Source: a virus
Lineage: Duplodnaviria; Caudoviricetes
IMG/VR virus record: IMGVR_UViG_3300032225_000083
Location: 1 to 34,579 of that record
Reading direction: 5' to 3' (one strand)
DNA length: 34,579 nt
A program made the position numbers and the translations under genes. The notes below the pieces were generated by a model. It saw nothing but the letters and a program-made list of their open reading frames with translations. It had not been told where the DNA came from and ran no database searches. Of the stretch, positions 17,107 through 27,389 are shown piece by piece. The first letter of the stretch is position 1, and each line of letters opens with the position of its first letter.

Positions 17107-19517
17107 TAAAAATTTCCTCCACCAATGCCGCCTGTAACAGTCATAACGCCGCTAGACGGATTGAATTTTAATTTTGTTGACGAAACGCTAATTGCTCGAT
17201 TGCCTGACGTATTGTTTACCCAAGTAACGTAATAATCCGTGTTGGTTGTTGTGTCATCCGTTACCGCCACATTATTGGCATTAGTTGCAGTCGTTGCAGT
17301 AGTCGCAGAACCTGCTGATCCGTCAATGCTTACGCCAGTTAAACTTTGGCTTGCGCTAGACCTATTAAGAGCAATCGAAGTAGTGCCAATGTAAACCGAA
17401 GAATTGCCTAAAACCGCGCTAGGAATCGTGCCAGTTAGCTGACCTGCCGGAATGCTTGTAAGACCCGATGCAGAACCGCTAAAGCCTGTAGCAGTCAAAA
17501 TTCCTGTGGACGGATTAAATTGGTATTTAGTCGAACTTACATATTCTGTAGATAAATTGCCTGTTGTTTGATTAGCAAACAATGGGTATCTAGTTGCATT
17601 GGTTGTCGTGTCATCTGTTACCGTTGCATAAGCTGTCGGAGTAACCCACGATGGTGCGCTAGATCCATTGCTTTGTAAAACTTGACCACTTGTGCCAACC
17701 GCAGTAACAGCCATTGCGCTTGTAGTAGCACCATAAACAACCCCGCCAGCAACAAATGCGGCTGATTGCCCTGTGCCACCTCGATTATATGCAACAACAG
17801 CACCGTTCCATGTTGCCGAAGTAATTGACCCAGGATAATCAAATGTATTTGTTGACCATGAAACATTCGATGGAGTTTGGTCGTGTCTATCCCAAGATCC
17901 CGCAGCAATTGCATTAGATAGCAAGACAACCGTTGTATAACCGCCAGATGGAACCGAAACAATTAAAGTATTAGAATTGTTATTGACTGTTATTGCGCCG
18001 CTTGATTGATTGTTGTTAAATGAAAAAATTGTTCCGTTAGGCAATGTTGTGGCATCTGGTAATTTTATAGTTTGCCCACCAGAACCAGTAACTAAATAAA
18101 CTGATGTAGATGCAACCGTTAAAGTTATTGCTGTTCCTGATGCCGCTACACTTGTAAAACCATTAAAATACGCATTTGCCGTAATGTTGTTATTTGCATC
18201 ACGCAAAACCACACTATTAGCACCGCTTGAAACCGTAACTCCAGTTCCACCATTGGCAACATTAAGAGTGCCAGACAAAGTAACTGCGCCAGTTGTAGGG
18301 CTTGATGGACTAAATCCTGTTGTTCCCGCGCTAAAAGAGCTAACACTAATTGGGAATGTTTCCCATGTTGGTGCTCCTGAATTATTTGATTTTAAATACT
18401 GACCAGAAGTTCCAACAGCAGTAAATTCTAAGGCCGTACCTGTGCCATAGACCACCGTTCCAGCTGTCGGCGTTGCATTGTTGTTTGTGCCGCCATTAGC
18501 AATCGGCAAAATGCCTGATACGTGCGTTGTTAGCCCAACTTTTCCATAAGAAGGGCTCACCCCAACACCGCCCGACAATAAAACATTGCCAGTAGCAATA
18601 TCTGATAGCTGAGTTAATGTTGTAGTGCCTGACGCTACAATAAGATCGCCAATCGTGTAGCTAGTTAATCCTGTGCCGCCATAACCTACGCCAATAGTGT
18701 TGGCATTCCATGTACCTGCGGTTAGCGTTCCGACAGTTGTAATTGAGCTTTGACCAGGGTAAGTATCTGAAAGCTTAATGCCTGAACTGCTAACATTTAT
18801 GGTTGTGCCATTTGCTAAAACCGAAAATGTGTTTCCGGTAAGTTGCAAACCGTTACCCGCCAAATACGAACCAGCACCAGAAAACTGTGACCAATTAATT
18901 GCAGTTACATCAATAGTGCCGCCTGGATCAGAAGTGCAAACCCAGCCTGTGTCGGCTAAAGTTGTACCTTTTTGCACAAATGTAAACGCGCTAGGAACTT
19001 CTGCCCAAGTATCCATGTCAGAAGAACGCGCCCAAGAACTAGCCGCAGCAACATAAATACCGTTGAACTGAGCTGATGCCTGATTCTTAACAAGAACTCT
19101 ATCACCAGCAGATAATGAGCTAGTCCAATCACCATTAGCTTGTGTTCCCAAGCCAGACAAAGTAATGTTTCCTGTCGTGCTGTATAAACAAGCCGCTTTT
19201 ACATTTAGACCTTGAGCTACAGAATCAACATACTGCTTATTAGCAATATCTGTACTATTAGATGGCAACGTTGAAATCGTGCCAGTTGTCGTCGCAATGT
19301 TTGTAAACGTACCCGCAGCAGGTACAGAGCCGCCAATAACAGAAGAATTAATCGTGCTATTAGTTATTGTCACCCCATCCACTATTGGATTTGTAGGCGG
19401 CAAAAATGGCGTTCCAGCAGGGCCAATAAACGTAATAAGGTCAAATGTCGGCTCAGGCTTAAAAATGCCCTGAACCGGAACAATATTAGTGGTTACTGTG
19501 TCTGCTGGCTTTGTCAT
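17106..19517 (-). CDS. Tail fibre 1 / structural fibre
   Basis: ANKQYVD, GDRVLVKNQ..NGIY, GGTG repeats, duplicated TDDTTTN module. Confidence 0.8.
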   Translation of the reverse strand: MTKPADTVTTNIVPVQGIFKPEPTFDLITFIGPAGTPFLPPTNPIVDGVTITNSTINSSVIGGSVPAAGTFTNIATTTGTISTLPSNSTDIANKQYVDSVAQGLNVKAACLYSTTGNITLSGLGTQANGDWTSSLSAGDRVLVKNQASAQFNGIYVAAASSWARSSDMDTWAEVPSAFTFVQKGTTLADTGWVCTSDPGGTIDVTAINWSQFSGAGSYLAGNGLQLTGNTFSVLANGTTINVSSSGIKLSDTYPGQSSITTVGTLTAGTWNANTIGVGYGGTGLTSYTIGDLIVASGTTTLTQLSDIATGNVLLSGGVGVSPSYGKVGLTTHVSGILPIANGGTNNNATPTAGTVVYGTGTALEFTAVGTSGQYLKSNNSGAPTWETFPISVSSFSAGTTGFSPSSPTTGAVTLSGTLNVANGGTGVTVSSGANSVVLRDANNNITANAYFNGFTSVAASGTAITLTVASTSVYLVTGSGGQTIKLPDATTLPNGTIFSFNNNQSSGAITVNNNSNTLIVSVPSGGYTTVVLLSNAIAAGSWDRHDQTPSNVSWSTNTFDYPGSITSATWNGAVVAYNRGGTGQSAAFVAGGVVYGATTSAMAVTAVGTSGQVLQSNGSSAPSWVTPTAYATVTDDTTTNATRYPLFANQTTGNLSTEYVSSTKYQFNPSTGILTATGFSGSASGLTSIPAGQLTGTIPSAVLGNSSVYIGTTSIALNRSSASQSLTGVSIDGSAGSATTATTATNANNVAVTDDTTTNTDYYVTWVNNTSGNRAISVSSTKLKFNPSSGVMTVTGGIGGGNF

Positions 19518-19780
19518 TATTCGTAATAAAGAGTTGCCGAAACTGTGCCGCTAATCACAATATAGATGCCGTTTGTGCAATTAATTCCATCAAAGAAGTT
19601 GTAATTAGTTGCTGAAACAGGCGTAAAAGTATCAATTACTTTAATTGAAGTGCCAGGCGTTTCTTGGTCATAAATGGTAATAGTTGGCGTTGCTGATGCA
19701 GCCGAAACCATAATGCCCTTGATCTTTCCTTGCGAATTTTTGACCAATTTGGTCGCGGAAAGTTGTGCGTAATTTGACAT
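19517..19780 (-). CDS. Small beta-rich virion protein
   Basis: ORF in structural operon; TAATG coupling to fibre 1. Confidence 0.75.
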   Translation of the reverse strand: MSNYAQLSATKLVKNSQGKIKGIMVSAASATPTITIYDQETPGTSIKVIDTFTPVSATNYNFFDGINCTNGIYIVISGTVSATLYYE

Positions 19781-19820
19781 AGTGTTGTCCCGCTGTAGAT
19801 AGTGAATTGTCGTTCAAAAT

Positions 19821-19855
19821 GAGAAAAAAAGGGGGCTTTTTGCCCCCCTTTTCTC
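19821..19855 (-). terminator. Intrinsic (possibly bidirectional) terminator after capsid genes
   Basis: A7-GGGGGC-TTTTT-GCCCCC-T5. Confidence 0.85.
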
Positions 19856-19872
19856 AACTCTCTAAGCAATGC

Positions 19873-20316
19873 TTAGTTAGTTTGTAGGCCACTTAGATCG
19901 TAACCGTAAACATAAACATCAGCAGTTGCTGTGGCAACTGTGCCACCAACGTTGAAATACAGAGTTTGAGCTGTTTGCGCTGTATTTGGGTTGGTTGCAC
20001 TTGATACTGTCACATAAGTTGCCGTTGTTTGGCTAGTTAAAGCCGCTGCGGTAAGAATGGATGTACCAGTTTTAGAAGCCGCAGGATAAACGCCAACTTG
20101 AACAGCTGAAACGTCAACGTTTGCACCTGCATTGTTAGCGTTGGCGATTACAACTTGAGTAGGAACATATAAAGCTGTGTTCAGAACTTGAGTTGTTGTA
20201 TCGCCAGAAGCTGCTAGATTTAGACCTTTAACAACAGCAAGCAAACGCAAAGCTTGGTTTGTTGCCAAGTTTGACGGATGAATGCTGACGGTAGTTGCTG
20301 CACCTGGATTAGCCAT
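19873..20316 (-). CDS. Putative capsid decoration/cement protein
   Basis: Directly after coat gene and before terminator; AAGGA RBS; beta-rich. Confidence 0.6.
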   Translation of the reverse strand: MANPGAATTVSIHPSNLATNQALRLLAVVKGLNLAASGDTTTQVLNTALYVPTQVVIANANNAGANVDVSAVQVGVYPAASKTGTSILTAAALTSQTTATYVTVSSATNPNTAQTAQTLYFNVGGTVATATADVYVYGYDLSGLQTN

Positions 20317-20334
20317 GATTTTATCCTTTCAAAA

Positions 20335-21576
20335 TTAAGAAGCCACGCGGCAAGCGAGTTCAGGATAAAGCGGAGCCCAGCCATACAGAACATCAATACG
20401 AGTCGGGATCGAGTCGTTGTTAATGGTGTATTGACGAACAACGCGCATCGACAAACCGAGTTCTTTATCAGAAGCACGACCAGCAAAGTGAACGCCATCT
20501 GGCAACTCTAAGTCAGCAGTTGCAAGCGTAAATGCGTTACGATGTGTCATGATGTTCTGAGGAGAAACTTCGCCGCTGAATGCGAACGGTGTAACAACAG
20601 CAGTTGAGCTTGTGCTTGTTACTGTAACGTTCTGGAACTGACCAGCTGTGATGATCGCAGGAGATACAGTTACAGATACGCCGCCAGTTGTAGCGGTAGC
20701 AGTTTGAGTCACAACAAAGTTGCGAAGCTTGTTGCCGCCGTAAGCTTGACGATTTTGTGGGTTGACTGCATACACACCAGCGATCTGGATAACGTCACCA
20801 GCGTTGATTGTAGCTGTGCTTGATGCAGTTGCAATCGTGATGGTAGAAGTCTGAGCCCAACCTGAAGTCAACGAACCAGTAAATGTGCTGGTGTTAGTTT
20901 TCAAAGCAACTGAATAGTTACCAAAAGTTTGTGGCACAACGTTCTGATCCATACGCCAGTTCAAACCAGCCGAATCACGACCCATCATACCGCGCTTGTA
21001 TTGACCAGCAATAGTGTCTGATGGTGTAAACAGACCTTTCAAGCTATCAACGATAGTTGCGCCAGTAAACGGCTCGATAATCATTGAACGATTACCGTCA
21101 CGTGGTGCGCCTTCAGAATCAAGGTAAGCAGCAGCGTTCAAGTATGTCAACAATGATGTTGGAGGAGTGCCAGCAGTACCAACGATGTTGGCTGTGTTAG
21201 CTTTAGCCATTGTCAGACCGTCAAAGTCAATCTTGTTGGCAACAGCAGCAACAGCAGGTTTCAAAACGCGATCTGAGAACATATCCAAAGACAATGCCAA
21301 GTCCTGTGTTGAGAACTGAGTATCAACGTGGAATTGAGTTGTCAAAGTAACAGGCACGCTAGTCTCGTTAAAATCTTCAACGTTCAAAGCTGGGCCACTT
21401 GTACCTATGAAGCGAGCAGGACGACGAACATTTAGAGTTGCGCCAATCTTCGCACCAGTTACAGCGAACTGATCGTCATACTCACGGGTGATTGCATCGG
21501 CGAATACCAATTCGTTCTCAAGAACCATGAGAGCCTCGTTGGTAATCATCGAAATGGTAAGCAGATTATTAGCCAT
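20335..21576 (-). CDS. Major capsid protein, P22 coat family
   Basis: MANNLLT..IT.EAL..LEN; KIGATLNVRRP; RIDVLYGW...PELACR. Confidence 0.95.
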   Translation of the reverse strand: MANNLLTISMITNEALMVLENELVFADAITREYDDQFAVTGAKIGATLNVRRPARFIGTSGPALNVEDFNETSVPVTLTTQFHVDTQFSTQDLALSLDMFSDRVLKPAVAAVANKIDFDGLTMAKANTANIVGTAGTPPTSLLTYLNAAAYLDSEGAPRDGNRSMIIEPFTGATIVDSLKGLFTPSDTIAGQYKRGMMGRDSAGLNWRMDQNVVPQTFGNYSVALKTNTSTFTGSLTSGWAQTSTITIATASSTATINAGDVIQIAGVYAVNPQNRQAYGGNKLRNFVVTQTATATTGGVSVTVSPAIITAGQFQNVTVTSTSSTAVVTPFAFSGEVSPQNIMTHRNAFTLATADLELPDGVHFAGRASDKELGLSMRVVRQYTINNDSIPTRIDVLYGWAPLYPELACRVAS

Positions 21577-21597
21577 TTCCTTATTCCTTTATAAAAA

Positions 21598-22518
21598 TTA
21601 ACGAATTCGCCCTGACAATCGAGCTGCTTTCCAAGCTTGATAACTGCCATGAAATTGGCGGTTGTTATCTAACTCAGTTGCTGGCCCATTTGCCGATGCC
21701 CTTATTGGGCTAATCGGAGGCGGTGCTTTACTTGTCTTAGCAACAGTTTCCTTCGGAGCAGAAGCAGGTAAATCTTCAAATCTAGCTTCTAGTTTCCCAA
21801 TCATTCGCAACGCGCTTGTGGCACTAAGCCCCTGCAATTTTTTGGCAATGTCAGTATTTTCTGCCAAATGATAAAGGATTTGAGGGCCAACATCTGATTC
21901 AAAGATTGCATCTCTTACTTCGTTGCTCACAACAACGTCGGCAGAGCTTACTAAATCATCAAAATCAGGCGTTTTTGCTCTAAAGTCATTAACGCGAGAT
22001 GACCAAGTATCTAATACTTTTAGCCTCTCTTGTTCTGCCCTTTGAGCTACTTCTTTAGCCTTTTCTTCCTTAAATCGCTTGTCAGCTGTCCACTCAGCGA
22101 GTGATTCAGCGTATTCAAACATATCAGAAAATTGCTCAGGCTTAGGTTTTGGATCAGGCTCAGTTGATTCCTGTTGTACAGGATTCAGCCTGGCTTCCAT
22201 ATCCTTCAGCTTGTTTTCTAATTCAATCCTAGCTTGCCGTTCACGCTCTGCATCTTGCTTTGCGGCCTCGCGTTGCTTGGTTATCTCAGAAAACCTTCGT
22301 TCAATTTTCGGATTAGTCTTACGCTCCGTTTCTTCTGTTACTTTCGCCTCATCGTTTGCTTCAACCTCAGCAGAATCAGCAGCCTCAACTGGCTCGGCAA
22401 CTTGTGCCGCCTCAGGAGCCTCTTTATTCCAACCTAGTTTTTCAGCAACAAATTCAGCTTTATTCTCATTCGTCACTACCGTAAAAGCAGGACGTTCTTG
22501 CACTTGCGTTTCAGACAT
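21598..22518 (-). CDS. Scaffolding protein
   Basis: Between portal and coat; charged helical; GPQILYHLA and SKAPPPISP motifs. Confidence 0.85.
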   Translation of the reverse strand: MSETQVQERPAFTVVTNENKAEFVAEKLGWNKEAPEAAQVAEPVEAADSAEVEANDEAKVTEETERKTNPKIERRFSEITKQREAAKQDAERERQARIELENKLKDMEARLNPVQQESTEPDPKPKPEQFSDMFEYAESLAEWTADKRFKEEKAKEVAQRAEQERLKVLDTWSSRVNDFRAKTPDFDDLVSSADVVVSNEVRDAIFESDVGPQILYHLAENTDIAKKLQGLSATSALRMIGKLEARFEDLPASAPKETVAKTSKAPPPISPIRASANGPATELDNNRQFHGSYQAWKAARLSGRIR

Positions 22519-22530
22519 AGGTTTTCCCTA

Positions 22531-22569
22531 AGAATTTACCCAGTTTGCCTAACTGGTAAGGTAATTCTG
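22531..22569 (-). promoter_or_regulatory. Stem-loop in the scaffold gene leader
   Basis: AGAATT/AATTCT outer stem; CCAGTT-TGCCT-AACTGG inner stem. Confidence 0.45.
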
Positions 22570-22577
22570 ACAACTAT

Positions 22578-24710
22578 TTACTGTTGCGTCAATGGATTTG
22601 CGCCCTGTTCAATGTCCGATGTTGCCGTAGTCATTGTACGTATCTGTTCTGCATTTCTACGGTCAATCTCAGCATTAAGCCGCGAAGTATCCATGCGATG
22701 CAGCAACAATTCAACACTGGCCTCAATTTCAGTCTTGTTCTGGCTAGTAATTGCGCGAGTGTTCTGGTCATTGACCTTAACTTCAGCAATAGTCTCAGTA
22801 TTGTGAGCCTTAGCAGTTTGACGCATGAGTTCACGCTGGGTTTCTCCCTGCTGTTTAATCTGCTCAACGCCCTGCTTATATTTAATATCCAGACCCATTG
22901 CTTGCATCTGCTGCTGCATTTGGTCAATAACTTGCTTCTGTTGCGCCAATTGCATCTGTATCTGCGGTGGAATGTCAGATTTAGGATCAATCTGCGCTAA
23001 CGGATTCATGGAGGCCAAACGATCAGCAATGGTGTCCGCACCAGGGAAATCCATATTTCTAAAGAACAAGTCACCAGCTGCTTGGAATACTTCTTCCTTA
23101 GCCATCAAAGGCATCATGCTCTCAACAGCCATCTGACGCTTAGTTTGGAATGCTGGGCCAGTATCCATAACCACATCGTATTCGCCCACAGTAACGTCAT
23201 TCAGCACCTTTTGGATGCCTTCTTCGGTTTGCGATGGTTCGTTTAGCGTAACCATATCAGGCGTACCATCAGCACCAATGATGCGAACTACGCGCTGCGT
23301 GTCATAAATCTTAGGAATTAGATCAAGAATAATCTTGCCAGTATGACGAATAGACCTAGTCAAATTGTCGTGGAAATGGAAATTGGACAAATCAACTTGA
23401 TTCTGCTGGCCTGACAATGCCTTGCCTGAGATGTTCCCACTTGGCAATTGGTTTGGATCCATAATGCCAATGACCATCTGCAAATCAGCAGAGATAGCAT
23501 TTGCGCTTTCCATAATGCCAAGAGGAGGAGCCTCAGGTTGCAGCCTGGTTGGTACTGGAGCCGGATTGCCTTCGATATCCTTTTGCTTGTAACGCAAAAT
23601 TGGATAAGCTTTTTGATTAGCTAACGCCCACTCTTGCTCGTGCCCCTCGTCCTGACCTTCCGCTAACAGCCACTTAGCTTTCGGAGCTAATGCAACTGAT
23701 TCAGTCATACTGGTGCGCCAGAAGTTATACATGCGCTGAGGGTCTTTAGCAAAGCGAACTAGCCCATACCGCTTGCGCTTGTCCTCAATGGTTACTTGTG
23801 CGCCATAGCAGGGAATAATCGGTATGTAACGGCTAGGCAATATGCGTTCGTCCAACACTTCCATAGCTGTCATCTTGCACCAATGCACCTGCTTACGAAA
23901 ACTTTCACGTTCATTGATTATGGTTAAGCCAGAAGCTGCAACGCGATCAAAGAAGTCTTTAGTGTCAGCAAACATTGACTGACCATTGCTTAATTGATAA
24001 AGCTTAGACTTGACGCGCTTGATGTAAAAATATTCTGCAATGCGTATATCTTCTTTGGTCACCCATGATGCCGTGCTATCACCAACGCTTCGCTGCGTAA
24101 AGTTTGCACCATCATTTGCACCTGGGTATTCCTTACGAAACTTAGTCTTATCAACAACTGTTGTGACCAAAACCCTCTCAGCGTCTGATCCGTCAGGCAA
24201 TACCGAATTAGGATCAAAATAGACTGTGAACGGATTGTCTATGGAATCAATGTATATCTCTTGGTCAAACGAATCTTCCCTTGAGTATCGAGTATTTACT
24301 CGCCAATAACCCCAGCCCATGCGTACAGCATAATCAAACGCCGTATCGTAAGCAGTATCAGCGTTAGAGTTGATCTCAATGTGCCTTGTTATGCCCTCAA
24401 TAACTTGTGCAATCTTATTATCAGCTTCGTTATTTACAGGATGAACTTTGATTCGTGGGCGATTCATCCGTTGCTGGTTTGTTACCTGCCGCACATACGC
24501 ATCAATCTTGTTGATGGTTAGGCAAGGACGCGCTTCTAAGTTGCGCGAGTTTTGTATTTCTACAGGCCATTGGTCGCCAGCAGCAAACTTAATGTCATTT
24601 ATAGCCTCAGAGCGATTCATGCCCTCAGCCTCATTAACAAGCCGCCAGAAGTCTATTGCATCATTAATGCGATCATCGGTCATAGCATCAGTTGCTTTAA
24701 CAATAGCCAT
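22578..24710 (-). CDS. Portal protein, P22-like
   Basis: GDQWP, RPCLTINK, GLVRFAKDPQRMYN; Gln-rich C-terminal barrel. Confidence 0.95.
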   Translation of the reverse strand: MAIVKATDAMTDDRINDAIDFWRLVNEAEGMNRSEAINDIKFAAGDQWPVEIQNSRNLEARPCLTINKIDAYVRQVTNQQRMNRPRIKVHPVNNEADNKIAQVIEGITRHIEINSNADTAYDTAFDYAVRMGWGYWRVNTRYSREDSFDQEIYIDSIDNPFTVYFDPNSVLPDGSDAERVLVTTVVDKTKFRKEYPGANDGANFTQRSVGDSTASWVTKEDIRIAEYFYIKRVKSKLYQLSNGQSMFADTKDFFDRVAASGLTIINERESFRKQVHWCKMTAMEVLDERILPSRYIPIIPCYGAQVTIEDKRKRYGLVRFAKDPQRMYNFWRTSMTESVALAPKAKWLLAEGQDEGHEQEWALANQKAYPILRYKQKDIEGNPAPVPTRLQPEAPPLGIMESANAISADLQMVIGIMDPNQLPSGNISGKALSGQQNQVDLSNFHFHDNLTRSIRHTGKIILDLIPKIYDTQRVVRIIGADGTPDMVTLNEPSQTEEGIQKVLNDVTVGEYDVVMDTGPAFQTKRQMAVESMMPLMAKEEVFQAAGDLFFRNMDFPGADTIADRLASMNPLAQIDPKSDIPPQIQMQLAQQKQVIDQMQQQMQAMGLDIKYKQGVEQIKQQGETQRELMRQTAKAHNTETIAEVKVNDQNTRAITSQNKTEIEASVELLLHRMDTSRLNAEIDRRNAEQIRTMTTATSDIEQGANPLTQQ

Positions 24711-24728
24711 AAATATCCTTTTTTAGCA

Positions 24729-26021
24729 TTATTGCATCCAATTACCCGCCTGTGCAACACTCGACTTGGCTTTAGGTTTAGGAGTTTCTTTTACCATCAT
24801 TGCAATGTAGCGAAAAGCATCAGCACCGTGAGAATATTGGTCATGTCTAGGAGTTTTGCTAAACATTCCAGTATCAGGATCAACGTCATATCTGTAATGC
24901 CTTAGACAAGCCAGCCCATCAGCGCAATTATCTCTGTCAAACCACATATTCGGAAACATGGTTCGAGCTGCATTGATAGAATCAACAACTGGAACTCTAG
25001 GTAAAACTTTTGTTTTAAATCCTGCATTTCTTACGATTTCCTCAATACTTCGCCCAGCACTAGCTAATGTCTTGTTTCCCGCATCATGCGGCAACCACAT
25101 AGTATCGTAAATGTAACCCTTCTTTTGCAGTTCTGATAAGTAATAATTAACTGTTTTTTGATTATCTTCTAGATAAGAGATAAGCCTGGTTTCCATCCCA
25201 ATAAATTGCAGGAACCAAATAGCTGTTTGATCTGACCAACCCAAATCCCATATTGCATGGACTGGCTTCATTGGATCGTATGGAACTTTAGTAATCCTGC
25301 CGTTAGCTTCAGCTAATTGCATTTCATTAGCAAAGATAGCACCGTCAACAGTTTGGCGGCACATTCCTTCCCATACCTGATTGTAAGCATGAATGTCTCT
25401 AGCTTTTAGAGCATCTTTTTCTTCATGCAAAGTCTCAGGAAACCACGGATTATCTGACCAATTAATCTGTTGGACTATGGCGTTTTGCGGAGGATACGCA
25501 ACAAACCGCTGGTAAGTCTCATCCGTATCAAGCTCAGGGTTGAACGTAATCCATATCTCGCTGTTCTCTTTACGGATAGTAGGAATAAGCACATTCCAGC
25601 TATTGCGACTAACTGTCTGCGCTTCCTCAACCCAGCAGATATCAACGCCCTCATAAGACTTAACGTTGGCAACGTTATTCTTTAGGCCAACAAAGTTAAA
25701 CTCTGAGCCGTTCTTTCCCCTAATCGTTGCTTGGGTTATCTCGTAGAACATATCGAGCCCTAAAGCCTGAATCTGGTCAGACAATAGCTTGTGAACGGAA
25801 TCTTTAAGGGATGTTTGAAATTCTCGCGCACATAACACTCTAAGCGGAACTTTGGCAGCTTTTATAAGCAAAGCCCTAGCAGCAGCCCAAGACTTTGCCC
25901 CTCCTCGCCCACCATGCATTACTCGATATCGTGACTTCTCAGGCTTAAACAGGATTTGTGCTTTAACTGGAAACTCAGCCTTAGCGATTACTTCTTGCAG
26001 ATCATTCATCTGGTTTGACAA
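24729..26021 (-). CDS. terL: Terminase large subunit (PBSX-type)
   Basis: Walker A GGRGGAKS; Walker B WVEEA; TFNP; nuclease WDLG..D and SHGADAFRY. Confidence 0.97.
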   Translation of the reverse strand: MSNQMNDLQEVIAKAEFPVKAQILFKPEKSRYRVMHGGRGGAKSWAAARALLIKAAKVPLRVLCAREFQTSLKDSVHKLLSDQIQALGLDMFYEITQATIRGKNGSEFNFVGLKNNVANVKSYEGVDICWVEEAQTVSRNSWNVLIPTIRKENSEIWITFNPELDTDETYQRFVAYPPQNAIVQQINWSDNPWFPETLHEEKDALKARDIHAYNQVWEGMCRQTVDGAIFANEMQLAEANGRITKVPYDPMKPVHAIWDLGWSDQTAIWFLQFIGMETRLISYLEDNQKTVNYYLSELQKKGYIYDTMWLPHDAGNKTLASAGRSIEEIVRNAGFKTKVLPRVPVVDSINAARTMFPNMWFDRDNCADGLACLRHYRYDVDPDTGMFSKTPRHDQYSHGADAFRYIAMMVKETPKPKAKSSVAQAGNWMQ

Positions 26022-26274
26022 ATGTTACCTGTATGCCTGTCAGTAATGCAGCACCATCTTGGCCTGTCAGCTCTGTCTGCTGAACTGCCTTGCCATCAAA
26101 TCTATCTATCAATTCCTTGACAGCCCACGGTTCGCCTAACTCAGCAGCGTTAAACAGCGTTTCAGCTACGTTTCTTAGGCGATGTGGTTCTTGCACAGCT
26201 ATCTTGCGTAACTGGTCATAAAACATTTTGCCCTTAGCTGCATTCAAGTTGCCCAAAGGTGCTCCAGCCGACAT
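26002..26274 (-). CDS. terS: Terminase small subunit
   Basis: GAPLGNLNA start; ELTGQDG tail; overlaps terL. Confidence 0.75.
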   Translation of the reverse strand: MSAGAPLGNLNAAKGKMFYDQLRKIAVQEPHRLRNVAETLFNAAELGEPWAVKELIDRFDGKAVQQTELTGQDGAALLTGIQVTFVKPDE

Positions 26275-26315
26275 TATGTCAATCCTTAATTATTTGATTA
26301 AATTAAATTAATCTG

Positions 26316-26522
26316 TTAATCATCCATGTCTAAACCATGTTTTTCATGGTGTTTTTTTGCTAATACATGAGTTGCGCTTTTGTGTTCGCCTTTTTCAGCC
26401 ATTTCATGACGCTGCTCTGCGTAACCAATAGCCACAGCTTGCTTTACAGGCTTGCCAGCTTCAATCTCGCGCTTGATGTTCTCTTGGCGTACCTTGTCAC
26501 TCGTTCCGTGTTTCAGCGGCAT
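26316..26522 (-). CDS. Hypothetical phage protein
   Basis: MPLK...ENI..E...GKPVKQAVAI motif; AAGGA RBS. Confidence 0.8.
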   Translation of the reverse strand: MPLKHGTSDKVRQENIKREIEAGKPVKQAVAIGYAEQRHEMAEKGEHKSATHVLAKKHHEKHGLDMDD

Positions 26523-26658
26523 CTTGGTTATCCTTTAATTTATTAACCATAGTAGTTAATTCTTGGATCGCGCCAGAAATTTGAATCAAGCTGACTTCTT
26601 GCTGACGAGCTGTGTTTTGTAGCTCAACGATGCGAGCTTCTAATTGTTCAATGTTCAT
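26497..26658 (-). CDS. 53-aa coiled-coil protein (not in ORF track)
   Basis: MNIEQLEARIVELQNTARQQEVSLIQISGAIQEL; ATGA overlap with upstream gene. Confidence 0.7.
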   Translation of the reverse strand: MNIEQLEARIVELQNTARQQEVSLIQISGAIQELTTMVNKLKDNQDAAETRNE

Positions 26659-27095
26659 CTTTGTGTAATTTGTAAAGTAGCAAAGTTAATAACAACTGCC
26701 TCTGATAATGAACCGCCGCTTATGTTTGTAACTTCAATTTTTGCAGCACCAGCAGAAACATCTAAAACACGAACGGCATAAGTTCCTGATGTAGCAATAC
26801 CACCAGCAACATTGCAAACCAAAATATCATTTGTAGCAATTTGATTATTAGTCAAAGTAAATGCAACAGCAGTAGTTGCGCCTAATGAGGCAGCATTCAT
26901 TGTAATTTTGCCAGCAGCCGCATTTAGCGTAACGCCAGTAGATTTGCTTGTCGCTTGAATTACAGCAGGAATTGCAACAGTTGCGCTGCCTGTTGTGTAA
27001 CCAACAATGCCAGTCTTTGCGTTAGCTAACACAAGATTAGCGTTAATAATGTCTTGGTCGGCGTAAGCCACACCAATAGCAACGGAATTACTCAT
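26655..27095 (-). CDS. Hypothetical beta-rich, probably virion, protein
   Basis: QATSKSTGVTLN...LSEAVVINF; AAGGA RBS. Confidence 0.8.
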   Translation of the reverse strand: MSNSVAIGVAYADQDIINANLVLANAKTGIVGYTTGSATVAIPAVIQATSKSTGVTLNAAAGKITMNAASLGATTAVAFTLTNNQIATNDILVCNVAGGIATSGTYAVRVLDVSAGAAKIEVTNISGGSLSEAVVINFATLQITQR

Positions 27096-27119
27096 TTTAA
27101 TTTCCTTTCAATTAATAAA

Positions 27120-27389
27120 TTAACACGCCCAACGTTTTAAAGCAGCTTTTGCTCTTTCGCCATCTTTGGCATCGCGAGCGACCGCGCCCATACGAGCACA
27201 GAAACTTTTCTTGCGCTTTGCCTCACCTTCCGTTTTGGGGTGCGGAGCTGGGGCTTTTAAATGCGCGTTGTTCTTACTGTTGTATTCTTGACGACCTTTA
27301 GCAGTCATTCCCGCACCTTCCTCAGTTGGCAAATAGTTTTTACCTTTGCCTTTAGTAGAGTGCGAAATTGGTTTGTCGTGTTTTTTCAT
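27120..27389 (-). CDS. Basic phage protein (DUF6321-like)
   Basis: GMTAKGR..YN...LKAP...RKKSFCARM...WAC. Confidence 0.75.
   Translation of the reverse strand: MKKHDKPISHSTKGKGKNYLPTEEGAGMTAKGRQEYNSKNNAHLKAPAPHPKTEGEAKRKKSFCARMGAVARDAKDGERAKAALKRWAC

Noticed and set aside
14437-19517. Internal repeats in the fibres (TDDTTTN, TANG..YA, WTT.G modules) as mobile or variable elements
   Set aside because: Degenerate protein-level domain duplications typical of fibres; no invertase or RT
22079-23136. Plus-strand ORFs of 100-150 aa opposite scaffold and portal
   Set aside because: Antisense shadows of well-supported genes; Ser/Cys/Leu-rich composition is explained by the reverse codons
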